IMG/VR virus record: IMGVR_UViG_3300035703_000036
Location: 40,663-104,662 of that record
Direction: 5' to 3' (one strand)
Origin: a virus
Length of the DNA stretch: 64,000 nucleotides
The notes below the pieces were generated by a model. It did no database searches. It was not told where the DNA came from and saw nothing but the letters and a program-made list of their open reading frames with translations. The position numbers and the translations under genes were made by a program. Of the stretch, positions 10,799-19,707 are shown piece after piece; position 1 is the stretch's first letter; each line of letters opens with the position of its first letter.

Positions 10799-11227
10799 AT
10801 GGCACAGTCAGTAGTACTTAGAGGCGCTGATGTTAAATTGTATTTAGGTGGAAAATTGTATAATGAAGTGCAGAATGTTTCCTATACAATTGATTACGGC
10901 GAGGTTGAAATTTTTGGAATTGACTGTGAATTTGCCCAAGAAATCGCGCCCACAAAAGTTGTAGTTTCTGGAAGTGTATCCGGAGTAAGAGTAAAATATT
11001 CGGGCGGATTACAAGGTCATGATGCTAGATCTAAAATAAATCAAATTCTATATGCTCCATATATATCTTTTAGATTAAAAGATAGAGATAGCGATGTAGA
11101 TATATTAATGATTTCTGAAATAAAAATAACATCTGAAACAATGAACATACCATCAAAAGGCGTTGCAGTATTATCTTTTGCTTTTAAAGGAATTATTCCT
11201 CTAAACGAAGTGGATATTTTTGGCTAA
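10799..11227 (+). CDS. Tail tube-like / baseplate hub protein
   Basis: Alternating beta-strand pattern VKLYLGG..VQNVSYTIDYG..GID..QEIAP..VSGSV; context; ATG 10799. Confidence 0.6.
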   Translation: MAQSVVLRGADVKLYLGGKLYNEVQNVSYTIDYGEVEIFGIDCEFAQEIAPTKVVVSGSVSGVRVKYSGGLQGHDARSKINQILYAPYISFRLKDRDSDVDILMISEIKITSETMNIPSKGVAVLSFAFKGIIPLNEVDIFG

Positions 11228-11321
11228 AATCTTCAAAAACTTTACTTGAAATTCTATCTCCAAGCGTAATAAAATACCCAAAAAATCCAACATATAAAAA
11301 CATCATAAAAATAACAAACAT
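11193..11321 (-). CDS. Small single-pass membrane peptide (42 aa, MFVIFMMFLYVGFFGYFITLGDR...)
   Basis: Manual translation; TAATG coupling with upstream lipoprotein stop; overlaps 3' end of convergent gene. Confidence 0.4.
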   Translation of the reverse strand: MFVIFMMFLYVGFFGYFITLGDRISSKVFEDFSQKYPLRLEE

Positions 11322-11557
11322 TATAATTCTGCCTTATTGTCAGTCTGACCGTTTACCATGATTGGCAATTCTCTTTTTTCATGAATATCTTTACAAATAC
11401 TGTAGGCTATTTCTTCTCTAATATCTTCTCTGACCATTTTAACTACACAATCTTCAGTAGCAGTTTTTCTTTTATTTTTTCCAGTTACAGGCCCTAAAGA
11501 ACAACCGGTCAAATTGATCAATAATAAAAACGACATACATTTTAAAATTTTAGACAT
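11321..11557 (-). CDS. Small lipoprotein
   Basis: MSKILKCMSFLLLINLTG-C lipobox; extra Cys pair; start overlaps upstream gene end. Confidence 0.6.
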   Translation of the reverse strand: MSKILKCMSFLLLINLTGCSLGPVTGKNKRKTATEDCVVKMVREDIREEIAYSICKDIHEKRELPIMVNGQTDNKAEL

Positions 11558-11810
11558 CTTCTTCTCCGCAATCTTTGCATTTATAATAAAAGGAATTAAA
11601 TAAAGGTTTCTTTTCTTTGTTTTCATGTTTACATAATTCTTTAGGTATAGGCGGCGGTTCATCTGGATATTCAAGATCCTCATCTTTAGGATAGCTATGA
11701 ATAATACCATAACCGCCATCGTCTTCAAATTCGAAGTCAAAATCATCCATAGAATCTAGCATTTCTTCAAATGCTTTTAATAAATCTTCATCTATCTTTT
11801 TATTCGACAT
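11550..11810 (-). CDS. Acidic protein with C-terminal CxH..CxxC zinc finger
   Basis: D/E-rich N-terminal half; CKHENKEKKPLFNSFYYKCKDCGEE. Confidence 0.7.
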   Translation of the reverse strand: MSNKKIDEDLLKAFEEMLDSMDDFDFEFEDDGGYGIIHSYPKDEDLEYPDEPPPIPKELCKHENKEKKPLFNSFYYKCKDCGEEDV

Positions 11811-12024
11811 AAATTACAAGAGACGTTTTGCAGCCTTCTGTTTCCTTGCACGGTCTACGTGCTGATTTTAGTTTTTTAGGGTGAACATTTTTTTTCTGTA
11901 CAGATACGACCCGATTAACAGACCCATCCCAATCTCCCATATAAACAACATCGGGTTTATCAATATAAATTTCTGTATCTTCACTAAATTTATCTAACAT
12001 CATTTTTAATTCTTTGACCGTCAT
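11800..12024 (-). CDS. Hypothetical phage protein (MTVKEL-type N-terminus)
   Basis: ATGA coupling at 12021-12024 and GGAGGAG SD. Confidence 0.65.
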   Translation of the reverse strand: MTVKELKMMLDKFSEDTEIYIDKPDVVYMGDWDGSVNRVVSVQKKNVHPKKLKSARRPCKETEGCKTSLVIYVE

Positions 12025-12251
12025 AGCTCCTCCCCACAATCTATACACGTATGATACGTACTTGTAAATAGGAATTTTTTCATTTTGTTAATATGCTGAC
12101 ATTTTTTACTTTGTTCGTATTGTTGAACAACAGGACAAGAAAGGTATGTATTTTCAGATAAACTATTAAGAGTTTCCCCTTTGGCGGAATAAGATTTGTG
12201 CATCTGAGCTAACCTATTGAATTTATTGCCTTTATACTTATCTTGAAACAT
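12021..12251 (-). CDS. CxH..CxxC zinc-finger protein
   Basis: CQHINKMKKFLFTSTYHTCIDCGEEL; ATG 12251 with AGGAG SD. Confidence 0.65.
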   Translation of the reverse strand: MFQDKYKGNKFNRLAQMHKSYSAKGETLNSLSENTYLSCPVVQQYEQSKKCQHINKMKKFLFTSTYHTCIDCGEEL

Positions 12252-12271
12252 ATTCCAATCTCCTTTTTTCA

Positions 12272-12299
12272 ATTATACCATAAGTATGATTAAAGTCAA
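12272..12299 (-). promoter_or_regulatory. Sigma70-type promoter for the minus-strand island
   Basis: TTGACT-16 nt-TATAAT with extended TG. Confidence 0.75.
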
Positions 12300-12308
12300 A
12301 GGAATAAT

Positions 12309-12331
12309 AATCTTTAATGTGATATCAATAT
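12309..12331 (+). promoter_or_regulatory. Putative late promoter AATCTTTA-N3-TGATATCAATAT
   Basis: Same two elements and same spacing as 144-166. Confidence 0.55.
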
Positions 12332-12382
12332 CATGTCTTAAAAATCCCAACATTTATGGTAATATTCTATTAGGGTGTAAGT

Positions 12383-15300
12383 ATGTCAGTAAGAAGAAGA
12401 CAATCGTTTATTTCACAATTAAGAGTTGACGTTCCTCATTTGCGTTCAATTGAATCGGCAACCTCGAATGATTTTGATGAATTATTAAGTGCGTTAGTCA
12501 CTGGAATAAGCAAAAGCTACGTAGTTAGAGGGTTAGAAATCTCTATGAGCGGCGCGATAGGATCTTCCGCCAATGGGTTACAGCTTATAGTGGCTAACTC
12601 TGCGATTTTACACGGAACATCAAATGTTTCCGGTACTTTTTATTCAATAAATAATTCCGCTCCAAATCAAACTCTTAGCTCAATTACAAACACAAGAGTT
12701 AGTGGATCTTTTACTCCGAGCGCTTTAAACTATATTGGGATAGAGCTTACTAGATCGGTAGACAATACTACGGCAAGCCAAGTATACCTTTGGAACCCTA
12801 CATCTAAAAATGAAATCACAAAAACCCTTCCCTTGGCAGAGGTTTTGGATTATAAAATAGTAATTACATCCTCAGTGTTTGCTTCAAATGTTTTGCCTAT
12901 AGCAATTATTGAAACGGATTCTGCAAATAACGTTCTTTCAGTTGAAGATAGAAGACCTCTTTTGTTTAGATTAGGAACGGCCGGATATACTACTCCAGAT
13001 CCTTTTTATGTTTATCCTTGGACAAATCATTCTGAAGGTAGAACAGAGAATTTTTATAAATCAAGCTCATCCGCAGTATCTCCTTTTCGTGGCGGAGATA
13101 AGCAAATTTCAAACTTAAAAGAAATGTTAGACGCAATTACTTCTAGTCTTAAAGAAGTAAAAGGTACGACATACTGGTACTCTTTAAATAAGGGCGGATC
13201 AATCTTTAAATTAAGAACTGATCTTGCGAATTTAGTCGTAACAGGTAGAGCGGCTTTAACTCATAGTGCAACAACTGCCGGTCGATTAAATTGGAATAAG
13301 GACATTTTTTTAAATTTAGTAGGAAGTCGTTTAAAGTATAAAATATCAGCTAACCCTAGTTCTTCTTATGTAGTTTTAGCAGACGATCAAGTAGCTTATA
13401 TAAAATTAATTAGAGGAGTAGATATTACTCCTAACTTAATTTTTACAAACGGTTCCGCTACAGTTAGTTCTGTAGGATCTGTCGCTTGGACGGCAAATGT
13501 ACTCGCTGGAGATTTCATCAAAAAAGCTGCTGAAGATGACGGCAAATATTATAAAATATTATCTGTAAACTCAGCTTCTCAAGTTACTTTAACTGAAAAT
13601 TTCGCTGAAACTTCTACAGGTTTAGCTGGAGCTGATGCTCAATATGCTTGGGGAACTTATAGCGCAGTAGCTGCGCCTTCTACTGATAGACATATCAAAG
13701 TTGTCAATCGTAAAGATATGGCAATTGAAGAAGATGTTTTTTGGTTATTTGCAAGAGATGATAACGGAACGGTGGGCCAAGAAGTTTCTCAAGTTGTGAC
13801 TTTAGCGGATACGGCAAATAGTCTAGATGGAACTTATTTTTTATTAAATGCCAACGATGATATTAGAAAATTTTATGTTTGGTACGATACTGGATCAAAT
13901 ACTGATCCGGCTATTTCAGGTAGAACAGGAATAAAAGTATCAATTTCTACAAACGATTCTGCGAATACGGTAGCCGCTAAAACTCAAGCGGTTATCAATA
14001 CTCAGCCTGATTTTTCGGCTTCTGTGATTGGAAATACCGTAAGCATTACTAATGTTTTTGATGGAGATTCTTCTGATATTTCTGATGGAGATACAGGCTT
14101 CAGTTTTTTAACTACAACTCAAGGCGGAAAGCCGAAAGTTTACGTTAGATTCGTAGGATCAGAAGTTGAACAAGGTGAAACTCGACAAACTTCTGACAAT
14201 ACTAATTATGAAATAATGCTGTACACAGGAATGAAATCCGAAGCAGATTCAGCTCCTGATTATACTAACGCTATAGATAATTTAACTCCTGAAGTTACAA
14301 CTATAACTCTACCTCCCGCAGCATCAATTACGAGCGGGCAATATTTTACAATAAATTCAGCGGGAGATGTATCTCGATATTATGTCTGGTTTAATAAAGA
14401 TGGAGCCGGCGGAGATCCTCTTCCGGTTGGTAAAATAGGAATTCAAGTAGCAATTTCTACAGGAAATTCTAATTTAGTAGTAGCTGCGGCTACTGCTTCG
14501 GCAATTCTTTCCGTATTAGATTTTAGTGTATTAGATAATTTAAATGGAACTATTACTGTTTCCAATAATACGGCCGGATATTGCACTAATGCTGCAAACG
14601 TGAATGTAGGCGGAAGCTTCTCTATTGTGACCGATATTGAAGGCGCAGGACATCCTAATTATTTTCTAGTAGATGGAGAAGATTTAACTAAATCTAATAA
14701 AAGATTAGATCAAGCAATTAATACTGCACTATCTGGATTTGATCATGAAGCGTACGATGAACTTCTAACAATAGTTTCCGGATCTCCAGCAAATGATAAT
14801 GAAGTAATGGGGCCAATTTCAGCTTCAACTATATTAACAATACCTCTTGATTCTAGATCTGGAAATATAGTAAAAGGATATATTGTAGGTCAGGCTGAAT
14901 TAGAAGTTTATTTAAACGGACAATATTTAGCTGTAAATAATTCTTGGGCTGAAGTCGGAGCATCTGGATCTGAGTCTGTTCAAATACAAATTTTAATTGA
15001 TTTAGTAGTAGATGACGTTCTAACTTTCCGTATTGATAATGGTACATTAGGTAATTTTGCTACAGCTACAGGTGAAGTTAATACGGGATCTAATGTAGGA
15101 ACTGGCGCTGGAGTTTTTAAAACCAAAGCCGGAGTCGATCTTCAATTTAGAACTTTAAAACAAGGATCAAATGTAACTATTGTTCAGACTGCTGATGAAT
15201 TAACAATTTCTTCTTCCGCCGGTACTGGCGTAAATAATATTCAATCTGTTGTGGGCACTGATTTTACAATTTTAGCTTCCCATGATTTTATTAAAGTTAC

Positions 15301-15523
15301 CAATAGCGGTGTAAATGTTACTCTAACTCTTCCTGATGCTTCTTTAGTTACCGGTAAAGAATATAAAATTAAAAAAATTGATTCAGGAAATATTCTGTAT
15401 ATTGAATCTGTTTCAAATCAAACTTTGGATGGAGTAGATATTACGGCTTCTCCACACGCTATTACTATTCAATATGAAAGTTTAATTATTGTATCTGACG
15501 GCAGTTCTTGGTGGGTTTTATAG
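12383..15523 (+). CDS. Baseplate/tail-fibre attachment structural protein, multidomain
   Basis: gp8/gp9-like N-terminus by context; two copies of a domain shared with baseplate J; fibre-like C-terminus (VTLTLPDA..GKEYKIKKIDS). Confidence 0.65.
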   Translation: MSVRRRQSFISQLRVDVPHLRSIESATSNDFDELLSALVTGISKSYVVRGLEISMSGAIGSSANGLQLIVANSAILHGTSNVSGTFYSINNSAPNQTLSSITNTRVSGSFTPSALNYIGIELTRSVDNTTASQVYLWNPTSKNEITKTLPLAEVLDYKIVITSSVFASNVLPIAIIETDSANNVLSVEDRRPLLFRLGTAGYTTPDPFYVYPWTNHSEGRTENFYKSSSSAVSPFRGGDKQISNLKEMLDAITSSLKEVKGTTYWYSLNKGGSIFKLRTDLANLVVTGRAALTHSATTAGRLNWNKDIFLNLVGSRLKYKISANPSSSYVVLADDQVAYIKLIRGVDITPNLIFTNGSATVSSVGSVAWTANVLAGDFIKKAAEDDGKYYKILSVNSASQVTLTENFAETSTGLAGADAQYAWGTYSAVAAPSTDRHIKVVNRKDMAIEEDVFWLFARDDNGTVGQEVSQVVTLADTANSLDGTYFLLNANDDIRKFYVWYDTGSNTDPAISGRTGIKVSISTNDSANTVAAKTQAVINTQPDFSASVIGNTVSITNVFDGDSSDISDGDTGFSFLTTTQGGKPKVYVRFVGSEVEQGETRQTSDNTNYEIMLYTGMKSEADSAPDYTNAIDNLTPEVTTITLPPAASITSGQYFTINSAGDVSRYYVWFNKDGAGGDPLPVGKIGIQVAISTGNSNLVVAAATASAILSVLDFSVLDNLNGTITVSNNTAGYCTNAANVNVGGSFSIVTDIEGAGHPNYFLVDGEDLTKSNKRLDQAINTALSGFDHEAYDELLTIVSGSPANDNEVMGPISASTILTIPLDSRSGNIVKGYIVGQAELEVYLNGQYLAVNNSWAEVGASGSESVQIQILIDLVVDDVLTFRIDNGTLGNFATATGEVNTGSNVGTGAGVFKTKAGVDLQFRTLKQGSNVTIVQTADELTISSSAGTGVNNIQSVVGTDFTILASHDFIKVTNSGVNVTLTLPDASLVTGKEYKIKKIDSGNILYIESVSNQTLDGVDITASPHAITIQYESLIIVSDGSSWWVL

Positions 15524-15530
15524 GGGTAAT

Positions 15531-15980
15531 ATGTCATACAGACCTTACGAAGCAATTATAGCGGCAGCGGCGGGGCAAGTTTCTACGTTGCGTATTTATT
15601 TGACTAATAATACGGGCATGACTATTGTTGATTTGTCGCCAGTAAGAGCTAACCTAAACGGTGAGATGGATACGGTAGATGTTTCCATAGAATCACAAGT
15701 CATGTCCGCTGTCGGAATCCTAGAAGCAGCCACATTAGACGGCTCGGATGGAAATGTTGTTGTAAGCGGGAAAATATCCAATATTTCAACCTCTTTTTCC
15801 CTTGGTGACTATGTTTACGTTTCTAAAATAGGCGGACTAACCAATATTCTTCCTTCGGAGGGTATTGATGGTTTTGAAGCCGGAGATTTCATAATTAGAG
15901 CTGGCGTAATAGCTAAAAATCCTATTAATCCTTTACAAAAAGATTTATTAGTAAATTTTGGTATAGTGGGGCAATTATAA
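15531..15980 (+). CDS. Virion decoration/cement-like small beta protein
   Basis: AVGIL..DGSDGNVVVSGKI..FSLGDYVYVSKIGGLT motif; similar to C-terminal domain of 16300 ORF. Confidence 0.5.
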   Translation: MSYRPYEAIIAAAAGQVSTLRIYLTNNTGMTIVDLSPVRANLNGEMDTVDVSIESQVMSAVGILEAATLDGSDGNVVVSGKISNISTSFSLGDYVYVSKIGGLTNILPSEGIDGFEAGDFIIRAGVIAKNPINPLQKDLLVNFGIVGQL

Positions 15981-16219
15981 TGGAAAATAGAATTAGAAAA
16001 GTGGACGTTGAAAAACTTAACGAAGAGCAAATTGCTAGAGTTGAGAAAAAAATTTCTGAGGAAGTAAGCTCTATTATTAATAGAGCAGATAGTGAAATCA
16101 ATAACTTACTGAATATTTACGGAATGGAAGCTGTGCTTTCTATCCAGTTTGGACTACAAGGGATTAAGGAAAAAGCCAAGAAAATAAAAGCTAAGAAAAG
16201 CCCTAAAACCTCCAAATAA
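15980..16219 (+). CDS. Hypothetical protein
   Basis: TAATG coupling; helical with basic tail. Confidence 0.6.
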   Translation: MENRIRKVDVEKLNEEQIARVEKKISEEVSSIINRADSEINNLLNIYGMEAVLSIQFGLQGIKEKAKKIKAKKSPKTSK

Positions 16220-16230
16220 AGTTTAATAGT

Positions 16231-16264
16231 AATCTTTAAATTAATCGTTCGATCGCAATCTTTA
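16231..16264 (+). promoter_or_regulatory. Two tandem AATCTTTA motifs (putative late promoters)
   Basis: 16231-16238 and 16257-16264 in the intergenic gap before 16300. Confidence 0.5.
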
Positions 16265-16299
16265 TATAAAAATACCAACAATATTAGGGAGATATATTT

Positions 16300-17994
16300 A
16301 TGGCAGACATTTCAGTTTTATCGCGTTTAGTAAATGCGGTTCCACGAAATGTGGATTTATCAACAAACGCTTTAGTAGTTGATAATATCAAAATTAAGTT
16401 GGGCGGATCTTTTTACGCTACTTTTTCTGGCTCTTTGACTGGCGCTAGAACTATTACAATGCCTGATGCTAATGTGAATTTAGGTCATATAGCAAATCTA
16501 AATACTCTTTCTGGTGTTTCTGCTGGAGATGTTGATCTGGGAACTTTCACAGGCTCAACTATTTCAGATAGTACTACAATTAAAAATGCTTTACAAGAAC
16601 TAGAAACAGCAATTGAGTCTGCCGCTAGCACTACAGAATTTCTAGATAGTGCTTTTAGAATTAAAGATCAATCTGACTCTACTAAAAAAATCGCTTTTGA
16701 AGCTTCTTCAATATCTGGCTTTGCTACCAGAACCATTACAATGCCTGATGCTGACGTAGATTTAGGGCAAGTAAATACCGCTATCTTACAAGACGGCACA
16801 AGATCAATGGCTGCCGCTCTAAATATGGGTACTTTCAGAATTACAAATCTAGGAAGTCCTACCTCAGGCTCAGATGCAGTTACTAAAAGCTGGGTTGAAT
16901 CTTACACTACAGGTCAGTTTAATTTCTTAGAAGATGTAGATGCAACAGTCGCTGACGCTACAACAACAGCGCCAGACGACGGATTACCGTCCGCGGTGGC
17001 TGGTCAAAGATATATTTTAGAAACAAACACTTCTTCTCTTCACGCTAATTGGGGAACCATTACGGGCGTTGGTGATGGTGATATTGTTCAATATGATGGA
17101 ACGGCATGGCTTGTTGCTATGGATGCTTCTTCTGCTTCAGCTGAAGGAAATCTTGCTTGGGATAAAAATTTAAATGTATTCAAAAGATATCTTTCTACTT
17201 GGTCTGAATTTGGAGGTCTTTCTGGAATTACAACGGGCGCAGGTTTAGACAAATTAGGGAATACAGTTTTTGTAGATTTAGCTACCGATCCAGCTCTAGA
17301 ATTTGACGCTTTAGGTGACGCCGGAAAATTAAGAGTAAAGGCTGATGAATCTACAATTGAAAGACATTCGGGCGGATTAAGAATTAAAGCTGGCGGTGTT
17401 AGTTCAAATGAACTAGGACTGGCTTCAGTTTTATTTTCAAAACTATCAGCTGACGTTATCACTGGAGCTACAGAAGAAACAGGCGCTGACGATGCTGACT
17501 CAATTTTAATTTACGACAATTCGACTTCTTTATTGAAAAAAATGACAAGAGCAAATTTCTTGTCAGGATATGAAATTGACGGATTAGTAAAACCGTTTGT
17601 TGCAGGAGAGTCTTTTGCAGCTGATACAACTTTCCTAGTAAGAGTAGCTATAAATGGCGAAACTTTAGGTAGAGTTTATAAAGCAGATAAAGCCGCAGGA
17701 GCTGAAGGTTCAGAAAATCATAAGTATTACGTAATGGGCGTTATGATGTCTACATCGTTAGTTTCTGCCGGAGATCCAATCCTAGTTAGAATGATTGGCG
17801 AACATACTTTAGGATCTTCTGACGCTAGCTTTTTGGCGGCGGATATTGGTAAGCCGGTATTTTTAACAGCTTCAGGAGCTTTCTCTTTAACTGCTCCTTC
17901 ATCAACTAATGAAGCGGTTGTTAGAGTCGGTCAAGTTGTAGCTACGAATAAAATTTTAATTCACTCTATTCAATTAGTAGGAATTCAAGCTTAA
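16300..17994 (+). CDS. Fibre/whisker-like virion protein (DUF2793-like central part, cement-like C-terminal domain)
   Basis: RTITMPDA.V.LG repeated twice; ITNLGSPTSGSDAVTKSWV; GQRYIL..GDIVQYDGTAW. Confidence 0.65.
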   Translation: MADISVLSRLVNAVPRNVDLSTNALVVDNIKIKLGGSFYATFSGSLTGARTITMPDANVNLGHIANLNTLSGVSAGDVDLGTFTGSTISDSTTIKNALQELETAIESAASTTEFLDSAFRIKDQSDSTKKIAFEASSISGFATRTITMPDADVDLGQVNTAILQDGTRSMAAALNMGTFRITNLGSPTSGSDAVTKSWVESYTTGQFNFLEDVDATVADATTTAPDDGLPSAVAGQRYILETNTSSLHANWGTITGVGDGDIVQYDGTAWLVAMDASSASAEGNLAWDKNLNVFKRYLSTWSEFGGLSGITTGAGLDKLGNTVFVDLATDPALEFDALGDAGKLRVKADESTIERHSGGLRIKAGGVSSNELGLASVLFSKLSADVITGATEETGADDADSILIYDNSTSLLKKMTRANFLSGYEIDGLVKPFVAGESFAADTTFLVRVAINGETLGRVYKADKAAGAEGSENHKYYVMGVMMSTSLVSAGDPILVRMIGEHTLGSSDASFLAADIGKPVFLTASGAFSLTAPSSTNEAVVRVGQVVATNKILIHSIQLVGIQA

Positions 17995-18028
17995 TGATAT
18001 GGTAATATATTATTAGGAGAAAATATAG

Positions 18029-18349
18029 ATGGCTAATTTTCTAAAAATCTCAAATGGCGTACCAAGATCGGCTGCTGAAACAGCTAATATGCCAATTTAT
18101 GATGAGACTTTAGAGTTAGTATCCTCATCGCCAATTTCAGGTCAAATTTTAGGGCCAATTTTGACCGGAGCTGCAGTTACTCTTCCTAACAGTGGTTTTT
18201 ATACGGGCGACGAATTGGAAGTTTACCTTAATGGTAAAAGACTTTACGACGTTTACGATTACAATTATTATAGTTCTACTCAAACATCTTTTACCTTCGA
18301 TTTAATAGTCGGAGATGTAATTAGATTTAGAAAAGATAGGCCAGCTTAG
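18029..18349 (+). CDS. Small virion structural protein (stand-alone LEVYLNG domain)
   Basis: AGGAG SD; paralogous to a domain of the 12383 ORF. Confidence 0.65.
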   Translation: MANFLKISNGVPRSAAETANMPIYDETLELVSSSPISGQILGPILTGAAVTLPNSGFYTGDELEVYLNGKRLYDVYDYNYYSSTQTSFTFDLIVGDVIRFRKDRPA

Positions 18350-18358
18350 AGGTTAATT

Positions 18359-19705
18359 ATGTCAATACCCTTTGATACGCGACAGTCAGTACAAAGAAGT
18401 AACTTAAAAAATTTAGGTAAAACTTCTGGATCAAGACTAGACGGAATCGTTAGCAATATTAATACGGAACTTGATTCTCCGTTAAAAATGTACGCTACTT
18501 TTCCTGCTGCTGACGCTAAATTAAATTTTTCTGATGCTCAAGTCACATCTGCTGACGGTACTAAAAAAGTAGTATCTCCAATTTCTAATCAAGTTTTTAG
18601 CAGTCTATCATCTCTTTGGATTGATTTTCAAACACAGGCAGTTTCAAACGCTGCTAATTTTGATATTATTTGGCCAGTTGGCAGTACAGTAGGCAAGTTT
18701 AGATCGGCTGGAATTAGCTTAACAGATTCTGGAAAAATAAATGTTCTGTTTTCTTCCGAAGAAACTTCAGAATCCGCCCTACCAGATGCCGGAACTTTAA
18801 TGGCCTCAGGCGGACTTCCTTTAGGTTACATCATATTAGAATGTACTAATAGTTTAGGATATTTTAAAACAGCCGGAAGCTCTACTAGTATAATTGAAAA
18901 TACAAAAATATATAGATTTGGAGCGGGTTCTGGCGGCGGCGGTGGCTCCGGTGCTAATAATAAAGTAATATTCTCTAGCCGTGTTCTTGCAGACGGTTCA
19001 AGCGCAGACAATTGTTCTCTAGCTGTCGTTTCAAATAAAACCGAAGTAACTCTTTCTTCAGCTTATATATACGATCAAAATTCAGGAAATACTCAGGGAG
19101 ATATTTTTGTATATATTAACGGGCAAAAAATTGAAAGAAAAATTGCCGGTATCAACGATTATGTAGGTAACGTTATTTTTGAAGAAGACGTATCTGGTAC
19201 AAAAATTTATATTTATCAAATTGTATCAGGCCCTGCTACTCAAGAACTTTCTGGTTCTGTTTTAATAGAATGTTGCAAAGTTAATTATACAGTCGCATCG
19301 TTAGACTCTATATCTTCTGACCTCGTATCTACAATTAGTAATTATTTCAATATAGGAAATCTTGCTTTTTTTTGGAAAAGAGCTTATGTAGCTTCTTCTG
19401 TAACTAAAGATGTAGTTATTTCAGCATTAAATATCGACTGGTCATTAAGTAACACTTTCACTAAATCAATTTCAGCTACATCTACTTTTACTTTTTCAAA
19501 TTTGCCTAGTAGCGGAAATTCTCAGACAATTATCGTTATCGTAACTAATACCTCTGGAACGGATCGAACAGTGAATTTTCCAGCCGGTATAAAGTGGCCT
19601 GGCTCTTTTCCGGTCACTACAGTCCTAGCTAATAAATCTGTTATATATACTTTTATATGTGTACAGTCAGTAGTTTATGCCGTATCGGCAGAAGGAATGG
19701 GCTAA
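18359..19705 (+). CDS. Tail fibre-like protein
   Basis: Gly linker; IFVYINGQ domain; C-terminal IDWS..TFTFSN..VNFPAGIKWPG fibre module. Confidence 0.6.
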   Translation: MSIPFDTRQSVQRSNLKNLGKTSGSRLDGIVSNINTELDSPLKMYATFPAADAKLNFSDAQVTSADGTKKVVSPISNQVFSSLSSLWIDFQTQAVSNAANFDIIWPVGSTVGKFRSAGISLTDSGKINVLFSSEETSESALPDAGTLMASGGLPLGYIILECTNSLGYFKTAGSSTSIIENTKIYRFGAGSGGGGGSGANNKVIFSSRVLADGSSADNCSLAVVSNKTEVTLSSAYIYDQNSGNTQGDIFVYINGQKIERKIAGINDYVGNVIFEEDVSGTKIYIYQIVSGPATQELSGSVLIECCKVNYTVASLDSISSDLVSTISNYFNIGNLAFFWKRAYVASSVTKDVVISALNIDWSLSNTFTKSISATSTFTFSNLPSSGNSQTIIVIVTNTSGTDRTVNFPAGIKWPGSFPVTTVLANKSVIYTFICVQSVVYAVSAEGMG

Positions 19706-19707
19706 TT

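Noticed and set aside
205-11227. Bacterial extracellular contractile injection system or tailocin
   Set aside because: Contiguous with phage replication, recombination and sigma genes, so a phage tail is the simpler reading
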